DNA of 64,000 nucleotides from an uncultured Micrococcales bacterium (GTDB lineage: Bacteria; Actinomycetota; Actinomycetes; S36-B12; UBA10799), in NCBI GenBank assembly GCA_937952095.1, contig CALFYG010000089.1:1114-65113 (forward strand). The letters run 5' to 3'. The notes beneath the pieces were generated by a model. The model saw only the letters and a program-made list of their open reading frames with translations, made no database searches and was not told the origin of the DNA. Each line of letters starts with the position of its first letter. Positions within the stretch are counted from its first letter, which is position 1. The translations under genes and the position numbers were made by a program. Below are positions 51,775-61,831 of the stretch, piece after piece.

Positions 51775-53271
51775 ATGGCGATCATGGCCATCGATCAGGG
51801 CACGACCTCGAGCCGGGCGATCATCTTCGACGTCGACGGCGTCCCGCTGGCGATGGACCAGCAGGAACACGAGCAGATCTTCCCCAAGGCAGGCTGGGTC
51901 GAGCACGATCCCATGGAGATCTGGCGCAACACCCGCGAGGTGATGGGCGCCGCGCTGGCGAAGTCGAACCTGTCGCTGAGCGACATCGATGCGGTCGGCA
52001 TCACGCAGCAGCGGGAGACGACGGTCGTCTGGAACCGCACGACCGGCCTGCCGATCTACAACGCGATCGTCTGGCAGGATACGCGGACCCAGGCGATATG
52101 CGACGAGCTCGCGAACACAGTCGGCGAGGACCGCTTCCGGCAGACGACCGGCCTTCCGCTGGCCACCTACTTCTGCGGGCCCAAGGTCCGCTGGATCCTG
52201 GACAACGTCCCCGGCGCTCGCGCCCAGGCCGAGTCCGGGGTGCTTCTCATGGGCACCATCGACACCTGGCTGCTGTGGAACCTCACCAACGGCCGCGTGC
52301 ACGCGACCGACCCCAGCAATGCCTCCCGGACCCTGCTCATGGACCTCGACACCCTGCAGTGGGACCCCGAACTCGCCGACGTGATGGGTGTGCCGATGAG
52401 CATGCTCCCGGAGATTCGCAGTTCATCGGAGGTCTTCGGCGAGGTCCAGAGCCCGGCATCCATGCGAGGTGTTCCCATTGCGGGAATCCTCGGCGACCAG
52501 CAGGCGGCCACCTTCGGCCAGGCGTGCCTGAGCCCTGGCGAGGCGAAGAACACCTACGGAACGGGAAACTTCCTGCTCCTCAACACCGGAACGGAGAAGG
52601 TGCTGAGCAACAACGGGCTGCTCACGACCGTCTGCTACAAGATCGGTGACGCCCCGGCCGTGTACGCCTTGGAGGGGTCCATCGCGGTGACGGGCAGCCT
52701 CATCCAGTGGCTGCGGGACAACCTCGGGATCATCGACTCGGCGCCGGAGATCGAGGAGTTGGCCCGTGGTGTGGAGGACAACGGCGACTGCTACTTCGTG
52801 CCGGCGTTCAGCGGATTGTTCGCCCCGTACTGGCGCGGTGATGCGCGGGGAGCGATCGTGGGGCTCACCCGGTTCATCAACAAGGGGCACATCGCCCGGG
52901 CCGCCCTGGAAGCCGCCGCGTACCAGTCACGCGAGGTCATCGAGGCCATGGAGGCCGACAGCGGCGTGCGGCTGACGACGCTGAAGGTCGACGGCGGAAT
53001 GGTCCTCAACGAGTTGCTGATGCAGTTCCAGTCCGACGTGCTCGGCGTCCCCGTGATCCGGCCCCGGACGATCGAGACCACCGCGCTCGGCGCCGCCTAT
53101 GCGGCGGGGCTGGCCGTGGGCTTCTGGGAGAACGAGACGGCCATCCGCACCAACTGGGCCGAGGGCAAGCGCTGGGAGCCGCAGATGTCGCCGGGGGACC
53201 GGGAGTGGCTGTTCGACCGGTGGCGGCAGGCGGTCACGCGCACGTTCGACTGGGTGCCGACGGGCCAGTAG
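51775..53271 (+). CDS. glpK: glycerol kinase
   Basis: [15 protein letters not shown]...[11 protein letters not shown]...[28 protein letters not shown]... Confidence 0.95.
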   Translation: MAIMAIDQGTTSSRAIIFDVDGVPLAMDQQEHEQIFPKAGWVEHDPMEIWRNTREVMGAALAKSNLSLSDIDAVGITQQRETTVVWNRTTGLPIYNAIVWQDTRTQAICDELANTVGEDRFRQTTGLPLATYFCGPKVRWILDNVPGARAQAESGVLLMGTIDTWLLWNLTNGRVHATDPSNASRTLLMDLDTLQWDPELADVMGVPMSMLPEIRSSSEVFGEVQSPASMRGVPIAGILGDQQAATFGQACLSPGEAKNTYGTGNFLLLNTGTEKVLSNNGLLTTVCYKIGDAPAVYALEGSIAVTGSLIQWLRDNLGIIDSAPEIEELARGVEDNGDCYFVPAFSGLFAPYWRGDARGAIVGLTRFINKGHIARAALEAAAYQSREVIEAMEADSGVRLTTLKVDGGMVLNELLMQFQSDVLGVPVIRPRTIETTALGAAYAAGLAVGFWENETAIRTNWAEGKRWEPQMSPGDREWLFDRWRQAVTRTFDWVPTGQ

Positions 53272-53363
53272 CCGCAGGCGGCGCGAGTGTCACCAAACGG
53301 TCAGTTCCAAGGGCGCGGATCGTGCGTCTTCGTAGCACTCGCCCGCAGGTCCTCCGGCGGGGC

Positions 53364-54050
53364 TCAGACGAAGTCGGGTGCCTGTTGCATGACCGGTTCC
53401 CCCAGGTCTAGGTCGGGGAACCATTCGGCGAGCAGGGCGCGGACCTGCAGGTCGATGTCGACGAGCACCTGCTGGACCTCGGCGCCCGACAGCCCTTCGA
53501 GGTGGCTGATGTCGCGCCATTCGTAGCGGTCCTGGCCGTCGATCACAGGCAGGGAGCCGGCCGTGGTGGCGCCCACCACGACCAGTCGGTCCGCGACGGC
53601 GAGCATCTCGTCGCTGTACTTCTTGGGGATGTCGGTCAGGTGCACACCGTGAGCCGCGAGGCCGTTGGTGACCTCGTCCAGCACGTGCCCCTTGGGCGCC
53701 ACACCGGCCGATACGACGTAGACCAGCCCGGGGGCGTAGTAGCGGAAGAGCGCCGCGGCTGCCTGGGAGCGGCCGATGTTGTCCTGACAGACGATGAGGA
53801 CCTCGGGCTGCGACTTCAGGATCTCGCCGGCCTGGATCTGTTCGGCGCGGACCTGGGTCAGGGCGGCCCGCCCGACGAGCACCGGGAGGTAGGTCTTCAC
53901 AGAAGCGGTGGCCGCCATCTGGTCGTACAACTCGTCGACGATCGCCGCGAGGCGCTCCCGGGGGATGGCCGCGCCGGTGTGGTTGACCAGGCCGTCGACC
54001 ACACTGCGCAGCTGCATGTCGACATTGGGCTCTCGCGCGGTTTCACTCAC
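53364..54050 (-). CDS. LMW-phosphatase/ArsC-fold protein with N-terminal three-helix domain
   Basis: LIVCQDNIGRSQAAAALF (CX5R(S) P-loop). The N-terminal ~70 aa are helical. GTG 54050 chosen as start. Confidence 0.65.
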   Translation of the reverse strand: MSETAREPNVDMQLRSVVDGLVNHTGAAIPRERLAAIVDELYDQMAATASVKTYLPVLVGRAALTQVRAEQIQAGEILKSQPEVLIVCQDNIGRSQAAAALFRYYAPGLVYVVSAGVAPKGHVLDEVTNGLAAHGVHLTDIPKKYSDEMLAVADRLVVVGATTAGSLPVIDGQDRYEWRDISHLEGLSGAEVQQVLVDIDLQVRALLAEWFPDLDLGEPVMQQAPDFV

Positions 54051-54063
54051 TCCTGCATTGTGC

Positions 54064-55038
54064 TCAACCGCGGGGGCGACTCGCAACGAATACCGGAAGT
54101 CCGGCGCGCCATGCCAGGTAGTACTGGTCACGCTGCATACCCACACTCTCGTACAGCTGCGTCGCACCCGTGGGGTTGGTGGCGTCGCAGTGCAGCGCGG
54201 TACCGGTGAATCCCAGACCGGCGTCGCGGTGGAACGCATCGCGCAGCAGGAACTTCGCGACCCCCCTGCCGCGGTACTCGCGCAGCACCCCCAGGGTGGC
54301 CACGTAGCCCAGCTGATGGGCCGCGTAGCGGTTGCTTCCGAGGCACACACCCACACAGTCGTCCCCGTCGAACACCAGGCGCCACTGTGTGAGGTCCGCG
54401 GTCTCGTCGAGCATGTCCTGCTTGAAGGCGTCGAACGGCCGCGGGTGGAAGTCGTAGTGATCGAGGAAGGATGATTGCACGACCTCGTACACATCGCCCC
54501 AGTTCTCCTCGCGCATCCCCCCGACGGTCAGACCGGGGGGTGGCGTCGCGGGTTGGGGTGTGTCGAGGAAGTCCAGCCGCATACGCAGATAGACGCGGTG
54601 GGTCTCGTAGCCGGCCTCCCGCAGCGCGGATTCGACGGCGTCATCGCCACGGAAACTCTCCACCTTCAGCGTCGCGCCGAGGGGGACCTCGAAGGTCGCG
54701 GCATACGACTGCCCGGCGACCAGCAGGCGGGCGGCGATCTGCTGCCGGTGCCGGGCGTGGGGGGCGATGAACACATCCATGTAGAGGGCGTGGCTGTGGG
54801 CGAAGTCCTCGTACGCCAGCGCCACCGCCACCAGTTCCTCGTCATGCCACACCGCCGCGGTGCCTCGTGCGCCGTGCAGCTCGGGTGCACGCAGCGCCCC
54901 GAGCGTCTCGGAGTCGTTGCTGTCCGAGCGTCCGAAGAACGCGGTTTCCATCGACGTGACCACGGCGGTCACCTGGGAGAGATGCGCATCCTCCACCGGC
55001 GTCACTCGAAGCCCGGAGGGCAGTCCGGTGGTATGCAT
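54064..55038 (-). CDS. tandem-GNAT N-acetyltransferase
   Basis: Second half ..LGYVATLGVLREYRGRGVAKFLLRDAF... (acetyl-CoA motif A). The first half is a degenerate GNAT. ATG 55038 chosen as start. Confidence 0.75.
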   Translation of the reverse strand: MHTTGLPSGLRVTPVEDAHLSQVTAVVTSMETAFFGRSDSNDSETLGALRAPELHGARGTAAVWHDEELVAVALAYEDFAHSHALYMDVFIAPHARHRQQIAARLLVAGQSYAATFEVPLGATLKVESFRGDDAVESALREAGYETHRVYLRMRLDFLDTPQPATPPPGLTVGGMREENWGDVYEVVQSSFLDHYDFHPRPFDAFKQDMLDETADLTQWRLVFDGDDCVGVCLGSNRYAAHQLGYVATLGVLREYRGRGVAKFLLRDAFHRDAGLGFTGTALHCDATNPTGATQLYESVGMQRDQYYLAWRAGLPVFVASRPRG

Positions 55039-55131
55039 GGCGAGGTGTGACACGGCTGTCAGGCAACCACAAGCCGGGGCCGGTCGCCAGCAGGTTTCGC
55101 CGCCGAGGACCGCATGGGCGAGGATGGGGCT

Positions 55132-56013
55132 GTGAAACGTGTGCTCCTGCTGGTCGTCGCATTCCTGCTGGCCGGGTGTGCCAGCAGTGCCGGATCGCCG
55201 GCGCCGAGCCCGTCGGCACCGTGCGATCCTGGCCCGGCCGGGACCAGGCAGGTCCAGGTCGGCAAGCGGTCGTTCCTGCTGCACGTACCCACCGATTTCC
55301 AGAACCCCTCGCCGGCCGTGTTCACGTTCCACGGCCGCGGCTCCAACGCCCAGCAACAGCTACTGCTGACCGGCTTCGATCAGGTCGCCGAGGAGGGTCG
55401 CTTCCTCGTGGTCGCGCCGGAGGCCCGTAACGGCCGCTGGGACTTCACCGGAGGCGACGACGACTATCTGCGGGCAGTGGGCGCCGCGGTGCCGTGCATG
55501 GATCCCACCCGCGTCTACGCCTCCGGGATGTCGATGGGTTCGGCGATGACGTTCGCGCTCGCATGCGCTCCTGACCGCAAGTTCGCGGCCTTCGGCGGTG
55601 TGGCGCTCACGGTGTTCGAGCCGCAGTGCGAGCAGGCACCGCCCGCGCCGATCATCTACTTCCACGGCACCGCCGATGAAGTGGTGCCGTTCCGGGGTGG
55701 GCAGCCCGAGGGTGAAGACATCGACCTTCCGGCGGTACCGGTGGCGATGCGGGAATGGGCGCAGCACAACGGCTGCACCTCCGACACCGTCGAACGCCTC
55801 GGCAAGGACATCCGGTTGCAGGAGTGGAGCGACTGCACGGCCGATGCCGACGTGGACTACTACCGGGTGCGCGGCGGGGGTCACACGTGGCCGGGTACGG
55901 CACCTTTCATCGCCGATGCGATCGAGCAGTCCCTGGGCAAGACCTCACAGACGGTGAACGCGTCGTCACTGATGTGGGAGTTCTTCGAGCAGTACACGCT
56001 GTCACCCGCCTGA
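55132..56013 (+). CDS. secreted lipoprotein, PHB-depolymerase/LpqC-type esterase family
   Basis: Signal peptide plus lipobox VVAFLLAGCASS. FTFHGRGSNAQQ...GRFLVVAPEA...RVYASGMSMGSAMTF (GxSxG)...YFHGTADEVVP. Confidence 0.8.
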   Translation: MKRVLLLVVAFLLAGCASSAGSPAPSPSAPCDPGPAGTRQVQVGKRSFLLHVPTDFQNPSPAVFTFHGRGSNAQQQLLLTGFDQVAEEGRFLVVAPEARNGRWDFTGGDDDYLRAVGAAVPCMDPTRVYASGMSMGSAMTFALACAPDRKFAAFGGVALTVFEPQCEQAPPAPIIYFHGTADEVVPFRGGQPEGEDIDLPAVPVAMREWAQHNGCTSDTVERLGKDIRLQEWSDCTADADVDYYRVRGGGHTWPGTAPFIADAIEQSLGKTSQTVNASSLMWEFFEQYTLSPA

Positions 56014-56091
56014 GCGCGAGTTCGACCCCGGGAAACACCCGCCGCCGCTGTGTCACAGTTGAGGGGATCCTCGTCCAGACAGGAGTGGCAC

Positions 56092-57297
56092 ATGCTCGAA
56101 TTCGCATCCTCCAACTGCCGGGCGGTGAACGCCGAACGAGCCGTGCTTGAAGCCCTGGAGTTGGCCTACGGTGTACCGGATCCCGAGGTGGACCTTATCC
56201 TGATCAACGCCGCCGTGGGCCACGACTTGCAGACCCTGTCGCGTGTGGCGATGCGGCAGTGCCCGGATGCCCGCGTGCTGGCCGCGTCCTGCGCCGGTGT
56301 GGTGGGACCGCAGGGCCCGGGGGAGTCATTGCACGACATCGGACTCATCGGCGTGCGCGGCTCGGAGTTCACCGTGGCGCAGGTGGATGGGCTGTTCGGG
56401 GCCACGTCGTTCGAGATGGGTGCGGCGCTCGGTGAGCAACTGGCGAGCACTCCACAGCCGGTCAGCATGGTCTACCTGCTCGCCTCCGGCATCGACATCG
56501 CCAACGACCGGGTGATCGAGGGTATCGAGTCGGTGCTGGGTCCGGACGTGGTGATATTCGGGGCCACCTCCAGCGACCAGATGCAGGGAGTGGCGACGTA
56601 TCAGGCGATCGACGGTGAGTCCTACCAGCACGCGGCCTTCGCCGTGGGGTTCTGGGATCCCACCCTGCGGGTCGACACGCAAGCGACGCACGGGTTCATC
56701 GCCGTCGGCGAGCCCATGGTCGTGACCGCTGCGGAGGGCAACCGGATCATCGAGCTCGACGGCAAGCCCGCGTGGCCGACGTACCTCGAGCGGATGGGCC
56801 TGTCACCGGACGCCACGGAGGGCGACACCATCCCGATCGGCGCGCTGGCCGAGGAGTTGTCACCCGAACTCGCCGCGGAGTACGGGAACGCGCACATCCT
56901 GCGGGTGGTGACGCACCACACGGACGACGGCGAGATCATCTACGCCACCGAGGTTCCGGTGGGCACCAGACTCTGGCTCACCGTGCGCGACGAGGAGCGC
57001 ATCTTCGCGGACATGGACCGGATGATGCAGTCGATGGAGAAGCGATATCCGGACAGCAAGCCGGTCGCCGTGTTCCAGGCCGACTGCCTTGCGCGTGGGC
57101 GACGGCTCTTCGACAGGGTGATGAAGGAGGAACTGGTCCACCGCATGCAACAGCCCATGGCCACCGACGGTGAACTCCCGGCCTGGTTCGGGATGTACGG
57201 CTTCGGCGAGTACGCCCGCCTCGGCGGCACCAACTGCTACCACAACTACACGACGGCCCTGGCCGCCCTGTACCGCGTGGGAGACGACGGCGCATAG
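56092..57297 (+). CDS. FIST (FIST_N + FIST_C) sensory domain protein
   Basis: Architecture and motifs: ..LILINAAVGHD...VIFGATSSDQMQG...FIAVGEPMVVTAAEGNRIIELDGKPA...WFGMYGFGEY. Confidence 0.72.
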   Translation: MLEFASSNCRAVNAERAVLEALELAYGVPDPEVDLILINAAVGHDLQTLSRVAMRQCPDARVLAASCAGVVGPQGPGESLHDIGLIGVRGSEFTVAQVDGLFGATSFEMGAALGEQLASTPQPVSMVYLLASGIDIANDRVIEGIESVLGPDVVIFGATSSDQMQGVATYQAIDGESYQHAAFAVGFWDPTLRVDTQATHGFIAVGEPMVVTAAEGNRIIELDGKPAWPTYLERMGLSPDATEGDTIPIGALAEELSPELAAEYGNAHILRVVTHHTDDGEIIYATEVPVGTRLWLTVRDEERIFADMDRMMQSMEKRYPDSKPVAVFQADCLARGRRLFDRVMKEELVHRMQQPMATDGELPAWFGMYGFGEYARLGGTNCYHNYTTALAALYRVGDDGA

Positions 57298-57309
57298 GCC
57301 GGCACTGCG

Positions 57310-59598
57310 ATGACCGAGGACGTGTCGAGCCCATCGCGCCGGATCGACGCCGGTGCGTACAGCCTGCTCCAGCAGCAGCTGGTCTCGGTGCGTGCCCGCC
57401 TCGACCGCCAGGTCAGTCAACTGATCCGGCTCAACCGCGTCTCCGACGAGTTGCTGCATGCGCAGGCCCCAATGGCGCAGTTCTTCGCGGAGGCCATCGT
57501 GGACATCCTGGACGTGGCTCTGGGTGCGGTGTGGATCTTCGGTGACGACGGGCAGCCGTCCCAGGTCGCGGCGTTCGGCGTGCCGGACAGCGACGGGTGG
57601 GCGCAGGCCGGCATGAGGATCGCAGAGCAGTTGCAGGAATCGAAGGCCGTGCCCTTGCCGGACCCGGTGCGGCAGTACCTGCCTGGCCCGGCCCTCGTCG
57701 ACCCGATCGTCTGTCGGGCATTCGGGGCCGACAAGCAGGTGAAGGCGCTGCTGCTGGCGTCCAACACGACGTCCATGGCCGGCATGTGCGAACCGACCGC
57801 GGAGGAGACCCTCGAGATCCTGACGTTGGTGGCCGAGAAGTTGTCCGCACACATGGCCGTGCTGGCCGACCGCAAGATCATCGCCGAACAGGTTGTGATG
57901 CTTCGTGAGTCCGAGGAACGTCTGGGGCTGGTGCTCAAGGGCACCAACGACGGGTGGTGGGACTGGGAACTGACCTCGCACAAGTGCCTGGTGTCGCAGA
58001 GGTGGTTGCAGATGCTCGGTCTTGAGGGTGGCGACGTCGAAGTGCTGGACGGCTTCTGGTGGGATCAGGTGCACCCCGAGGACCGCGCGAGCTTCCGTGG
58101 AGATCTCGAGGACGCGCTGGCCGGTGACGCCGGGGGCCTCGAGGCGGAGATCCGGATGCGGCATCAGGACGGCACCTACGTCCCGGTCCTCCTGCGCGGG
58201 ACGATCACGCGCGCCGCCGGGGGTGAGCCGGTCCGCTTCACCGGCTCCATCTTCGACCTGTCCGAGCGGCATCGCCAGGAGAACCAGGTCCGGCGCCTGG
58301 CCTTCTTCGATCCCCTCACGGATCTGCCCAACCGGCGCATGCTCATCAGCCGCATCGAAGACACGCTGCGCGTCAACAGCCAGACCGGTGCGATCGCGGC
58401 GGTGCTGATGCTCGACCTCGATCGGTTCAAGACACTCAACGACACCCACGGGCACGCCGCCGGTGACCAACTCCTGCGGATCGCGGCCCACCGCCTGCAT
58501 GCGGAGGTGCGCGACGCCGACACTGTCGCCAGGCTGTCCGGTGACGAGTTCGTCGCGTTGCTGCCCGCCGCCGGTGACGACGTGCCCGGGGCCATCCGGT
58601 CCGCCGAACTGGTCGCCGAACGTCTCCAGCAGGCGCTCAACCGGCCCTTCGAGCTCGATGCGGGGACCATGCATCTGAGTACCAGCATCGGGATCGCGCT
58701 GGCTGCCGGTTCGACGGCGACCGTGGACGACGTGCTGAAGCAGGCCGATGTCGCGATGTACGAGGCCAAGGCCGCCGGGCGCAACGCAGTGAGGGTGTTC
58801 AAGCTGGCCATGCAGATGCAGCTGGAGGAGAGGGCCAGGTTCGACGCGAGGCTGCGGGAGGGTTTCGCGGCCGGGGAGCTCGAGGTGCACTACCAGCCGC
58901 AGGTCGACGCGGAAGGGCGGTTGTGCGGGACCGAGGCGCTGCTGCGGTGGTTCCCGCCGGAGCTCGGTCCGGTGGCCCCCACCGAGATCATCACAGCGGC
59001 AGAGGACAGTGGATTCATCCACGAACTCGGCCAGTGGGCACTGGAGACCGTGTGCCGGCAGGCCGCCCTTTGGGGGTCGGGTCCGGATTCTCGGATCGCC
59101 GTGAACCTGAGTTCCGCGGAGTTCCTCCATCCCGATTTCCCGGAACGGGTGCTCGCGGTCCTGGAACGCACCGGGGTGTCCGGCAAGGCCATCCGACTGG
59201 AGATCACCGAGGCCACAGTCGTCAGCGACGTGGAGTTCGCCGCCAGCCGCATGGAGACCTTGATGGCACACGGCATCGAGTTCTCCGCGGATGACTTCGG
59301 CACTGGGTACTCGTCCTTGACGTACCTGCGGGGGCTGCCCTTCTCGGAGGTGAAGATCGACCGTAGTTATGCCGCGCGACTGCCCACCGATGCTCAGGAC
59401 GTGGCGATCGTGCAGGCCATCATGGCGCTGTGCCAGACGCTCGGTCTGCGCATCGTCGCCGAAGGCGTGGAGACCTCGGCACAGCTGGAAGCCCTCGCGA
59501 AGTACGGCGGTGAGGTGTTCCAGGGGCACCTGTTCGGGGGCCCGCAGCCGCCACCGACTCGCCCTGAGGACCTCGTCCAACGCCGGCGCTCGGTCTAG
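57310..59598 (+). CDS. GAF-like + PAS + GGDEF + EAL c-di-GMP signalling protein
   Basis: FFDPLTDLPNRRML...LMLDLDRFKTLNDTHGHAAGDQLL...ARLSGDEFVALL (SGDEF). EALLRW...RLEITE...ADDFGTGYSSLTYL...VKIDRSY...AEGVE. Confidence 0.9.
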   Translation: MTEDVSSPSRRIDAGAYSLLQQQLVSVRARLDRQVSQLIRLNRVSDELLHAQAPMAQFFAEAIVDILDVALGAVWIFGDDGQPSQVAAFGVPDSDGWAQAGMRIAEQLQESKAVPLPDPVRQYLPGPALVDPIVCRAFGADKQVKALLLASNTTSMAGMCEPTAEETLEILTLVAEKLSAHMAVLADRKIIAEQVVMLRESEERLGLVLKGTNDGWWDWELTSHKCLVSQRWLQMLGLEGGDVEVLDGFWWDQVHPEDRASFRGDLEDALAGDAGGLEAEIRMRHQDGTYVPVLLRGTITRAAGGEPVRFTGSIFDLSERHRQENQVRRLAFFDPLTDLPNRRMLISRIEDTLRVNSQTGAIAAVLMLDLDRFKTLNDTHGHAAGDQLLRIAAHRLHAEVRDADTVARLSGDEFVALLPAAGDDVPGAIRSAELVAERLQQALNRPFELDAGTMHLSTSIGIALAAGSTATVDDVLKQADVAMYEAKAAGRNAVRVFKLAMQMQLEERARFDARLREGFAAGELEVHYQPQVDAEGRLCGTEALLRWFPPELGPVAPTEIITAAEDSGFIHELGQWALETVCRQAALWGSGPDSRIAVNLSSAEFLHPDFPERVLAVLERTGVSGKAIRLEITEATVVSDVEFAASRMETLMAHGIEFSADDFGTGYSSLTYLRGLPFSEVKIDRSYAARLPTDAQDVAIVQAIMALCQTLGLRIVAEGVETSAQLEALAKYGGEVFQGHLFGGPQPPPTRPEDLVQRRRSV

Positions 59599-60290
59599 AA
59601 GCGCCAGACCTCCACAGCGAGAGCGGCGGGCACGCCGACCGAACTCCCGGTCTGCTCCAGGAACGCCCGCAGGAACTCCGGGTCGGCCATGGGGTGCTCG
59701 CCGAGGCCGTCGAGGTATGCCCGGTGCTCGGACAGCGACGCCACCGCCCGGTCGACACCGGCGGAGACGTCGAGCGCGTGGGTCGCCTCGGGTGAACCCG
59801 CCACCAGGGCGAGGTCGACGTGGTGGGGTTCGGTCCCCGGGAAGATCCACCGGTTCCCGGCATCGGCGATCGCATCGAGTGCCGCTTCGCCCACGATCCG
59901 GTGGTCGGCGCTGTTGCGGGCGTGTGGGCCCCAACTCTCCCGGTGGTTGAAGAGCAGGACGGTGTCCGGGGTGTGCCGCCGGATCGCGTGCGCGAACTCG
60001 CGGCGCAGGCCCATGCGGTCGTGGATCGTGCCGTCGGGGTGGGCGAGGAACTCCACGACCCCCACGCCCACGACGTCGGCGCTGCTGATCTGCTCGGCCT
60101 CGCGGACCACAGCCGCCTGTTCCGGGTCCATGCCGTCGATGCCCGCCTCGCCGCGGGTGGCCAGCAGGTAGCGACAGTCCGCACCGGCAGCCGTCCACAT
60201 GGCCACCGCGGCTGCCGCACCGTACTCGATGTCGTCGGGGTGCGCGACGATCGCCAGCGCCCGCCGGGGCGTGTGTTCCAGCAGTTCCAT
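59595..60290 (-). CDS. PIG-L (LmbE-like) family deacetylase
   Basis: ALAIVAHPDDIEYGAAAAVAMWTAAG...LATRGEAG...HPDH. Confidence 0.82.
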   Translation of the reverse strand: MELLEHTPRRALAIVAHPDDIEYGAAAAVAMWTAAGADCRYLLATRGEAGIDGMDPEQAAVVREAEQISSADVVGVGVVEFLAHPDGTIHDRMGLRREFAHAIRRHTPDTVLLFNHRESWGPHARNSADHRIVGEAALDAIADAGNRWIFPGTEPHHVDLALVAGSPEATHALDVSAGVDRAVASLSEHRAYLDGLGEHPMADPEFLRAFLEQTGSSVGVPAALAVEVWRF

Positions 60291-61178
60291 TTACTGCTGT
60301 GGCTTCGACTGGAAGGCGGAGGCGAAGTTCTCCAGGGCGCCGGTCAGTTCGGCCGGGACGACCCACACCTTGTTCGACTCCCCCTTGGCGATCTCCGGCA
60401 GTGCCTGCAGGTACTGGTAGGCGAGCAACTTGGGATCGGGGTCGGCCTGGTGGATTGCGTCGAACACCTTCTGCACCGCCTGCGCCTCACCCTCGGCGCG
60501 CAGGATCGCCGACTGCTTGTCACCCTCTGCACGAAGCACAGTGGCCTCCCGCTCGCCCTGCGCAGTCAGGATCTGGGACTGCTTGATGCCCTCGGCCGTG
60601 AGGATGGCCGCCCGGCGATCGCGCTCGGCGCGCATCTGCTTCTCCATCGACTCCTGCACGCTCGGCGGCGGGTCGATGGCCTTGAGTTCGACGCGGTTCA
60701 CGCGGATCCCCCACTTCCCGGTTGCCTCGTCGAGGACCCCGCGGAGTTGGCTGTTGATCTGGTCGCGTGAGGTCAGTGTGGCTTCGAGGTCCATGCTGCC
60801 GACGACGTTGCGCAGGGTCGTGACCGTCAACTGCTCGACGCCCCAGATGTAGTTCTGGATCTCGTAGGTCGCGGCCTTCGGGTCGGTGACCTGGAAGTAG
60901 ATGACCGAGTCGATGCTGACCACCAAGTTGTCCTCGGTGATCACCGGCTGCGGCTGGAAGCTCACCACCTGCTCACGAAGGTCGAGCCGGGAGGTGATGC
61001 GGTCGACGAACGGAACCAGGATGTGCAGCCCGGCGCCGAGGGTGCGGCTGTACCGACCCAGGCGCTCGACCACACAGGCCTGCGCCTGCGGGACGATCCG
61101 GACCGTCTTGGCGATGACGATGATGACGAACAACAGGACGAGCAGTACGACGACGGCACTGGCGATGGCTGCGGTCAT
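60291..61178 (-). CDS. SPFH/band-7 (stomatin-like) protein
   Basis: IVPQAQACVVERLGRYSRTLGAGLHILVPFVDR...TLRNVVGSMDLEATLTSRDQIN... plus coiled-coil tail. Confidence 0.9.
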   Translation of the reverse strand: MTAAIASAVVVLLVLLFVIIVIAKTVRIVPQAQACVVERLGRYSRTLGAGLHILVPFVDRITSRLDLREQVVSFQPQPVITEDNLVVSIDSVIYFQVTDPKAATYEIQNYIWGVEQLTVTTLRNVVGSMDLEATLTSRDQINSQLRGVLDEATGKWGIRVNRVELKAIDPPPSVQESMEKQMRAERDRRAAILTAEGIKQSQILTAQGEREATVLRAEGDKQSAILRAEGEAQAVQKVFDAIHQADPDPKLLAYQYLQALPEIAKGESNKVWVVPAELTGALENFASAFQSKPQQ

Positions 61179-61187
61179 GTCTTCTCC

Positions 61188-61616
61188 TCAGTAGGGCCGG
61201 ATGATCGCGGTGGCACCGCGGATGGCGACGACGGTTCCGGTGGCACCGGTGTCGATGGGGTCCCAGGCGTCTTCGAGTTGGGCCGACCAGATCTCGCCGT
61301 TGAGCTTGACCCGTCCGCTCTGCGCGGTCACCGTCTCGAGCACGGTGACCTGCTGGCCAATCAGCGCGTCCACCCCGGTCAGGGCGGTCGGTCCGGTCTT
61401 GAGGTGGCGCAGTGCGATCGGGCGGACCGCGAAGATCCCCAGCACGGCCACCCCGACGGCGGCGCCGGCCTGCACGATCAGTGGCGCACCCAGGGCAGCG
61501 GCACCCGCGCCCGCAAGCGCACCCGCGGCGAGCATGATGAGCACGAAGTCGAGGCTCATGACCTCGAGAATCCCGAACACCACCGCCGCGATGAGCCAGA
61601 AGATCGCTGCTGACAC
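61188..61616 (-). CDS. NfeD family membrane protein
   Basis: Two to three TM helices then OB-fold-like GQQVTVLETVTAQSGRVKLNGEIWSAQ. GTG 61616 chosen as start. Confidence 0.8.
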   Translation of the reverse strand: MSAAIFWLIAAVVFGILEVMSLDFVLIMLAAGALAGAGAAALGAPLIVQAGAAVGVAVLGIFAVRPIALRHLKTGPTALTGVDALIGQQVTVLETVTAQSGRVKLNGEIWSAQLEDAWDPIDTGATGTVVAIRGATAIIRPY

Positions 61617-61831
61617 TGTGCCTCCTCCGTCCAGCCTATGCGCTCGACTGCCGGAGGGGAAACAGCGTGATTGCCGTGGAGGCGCCCCCACAATTGGGCC
61701 GGAAATGCCGAGAGGCCCGGAAACCGACCTCTTTCGATGCCCGGAGTGCCTGGTTTGCACCCTTCTGAGAGGGCGGGCAGCCCGGAAACCCACCTTTGTC
61801 GCCCAGTTGTGGGGAGGCTAGCCTGAGCCCG

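Noticed and set aside
54064-55038. Assigning the tandem GNAT as mycothiol synthase MshD, and PIG-L (59595-60290) as MshB/Mca.
   Set aside because: The domain architecture fits, but the sequences do not resemble the M. tuberculosis MshD sequence I recall. The family-level call is kept.
56860-60366. 1168-aa minus-strand ORF, and similar long antisense ORFs (28182-30017, 46297-48132, 6636-7940, 37674-39458, 3901-5181, 42327-44162).
   Set aside because: These are Arg/Gly/Pro/His-rich low-complexity translations lying antisense to well-supported genes. They are the usual stop-codon-poor shadow frames of about 70% GC DNA.
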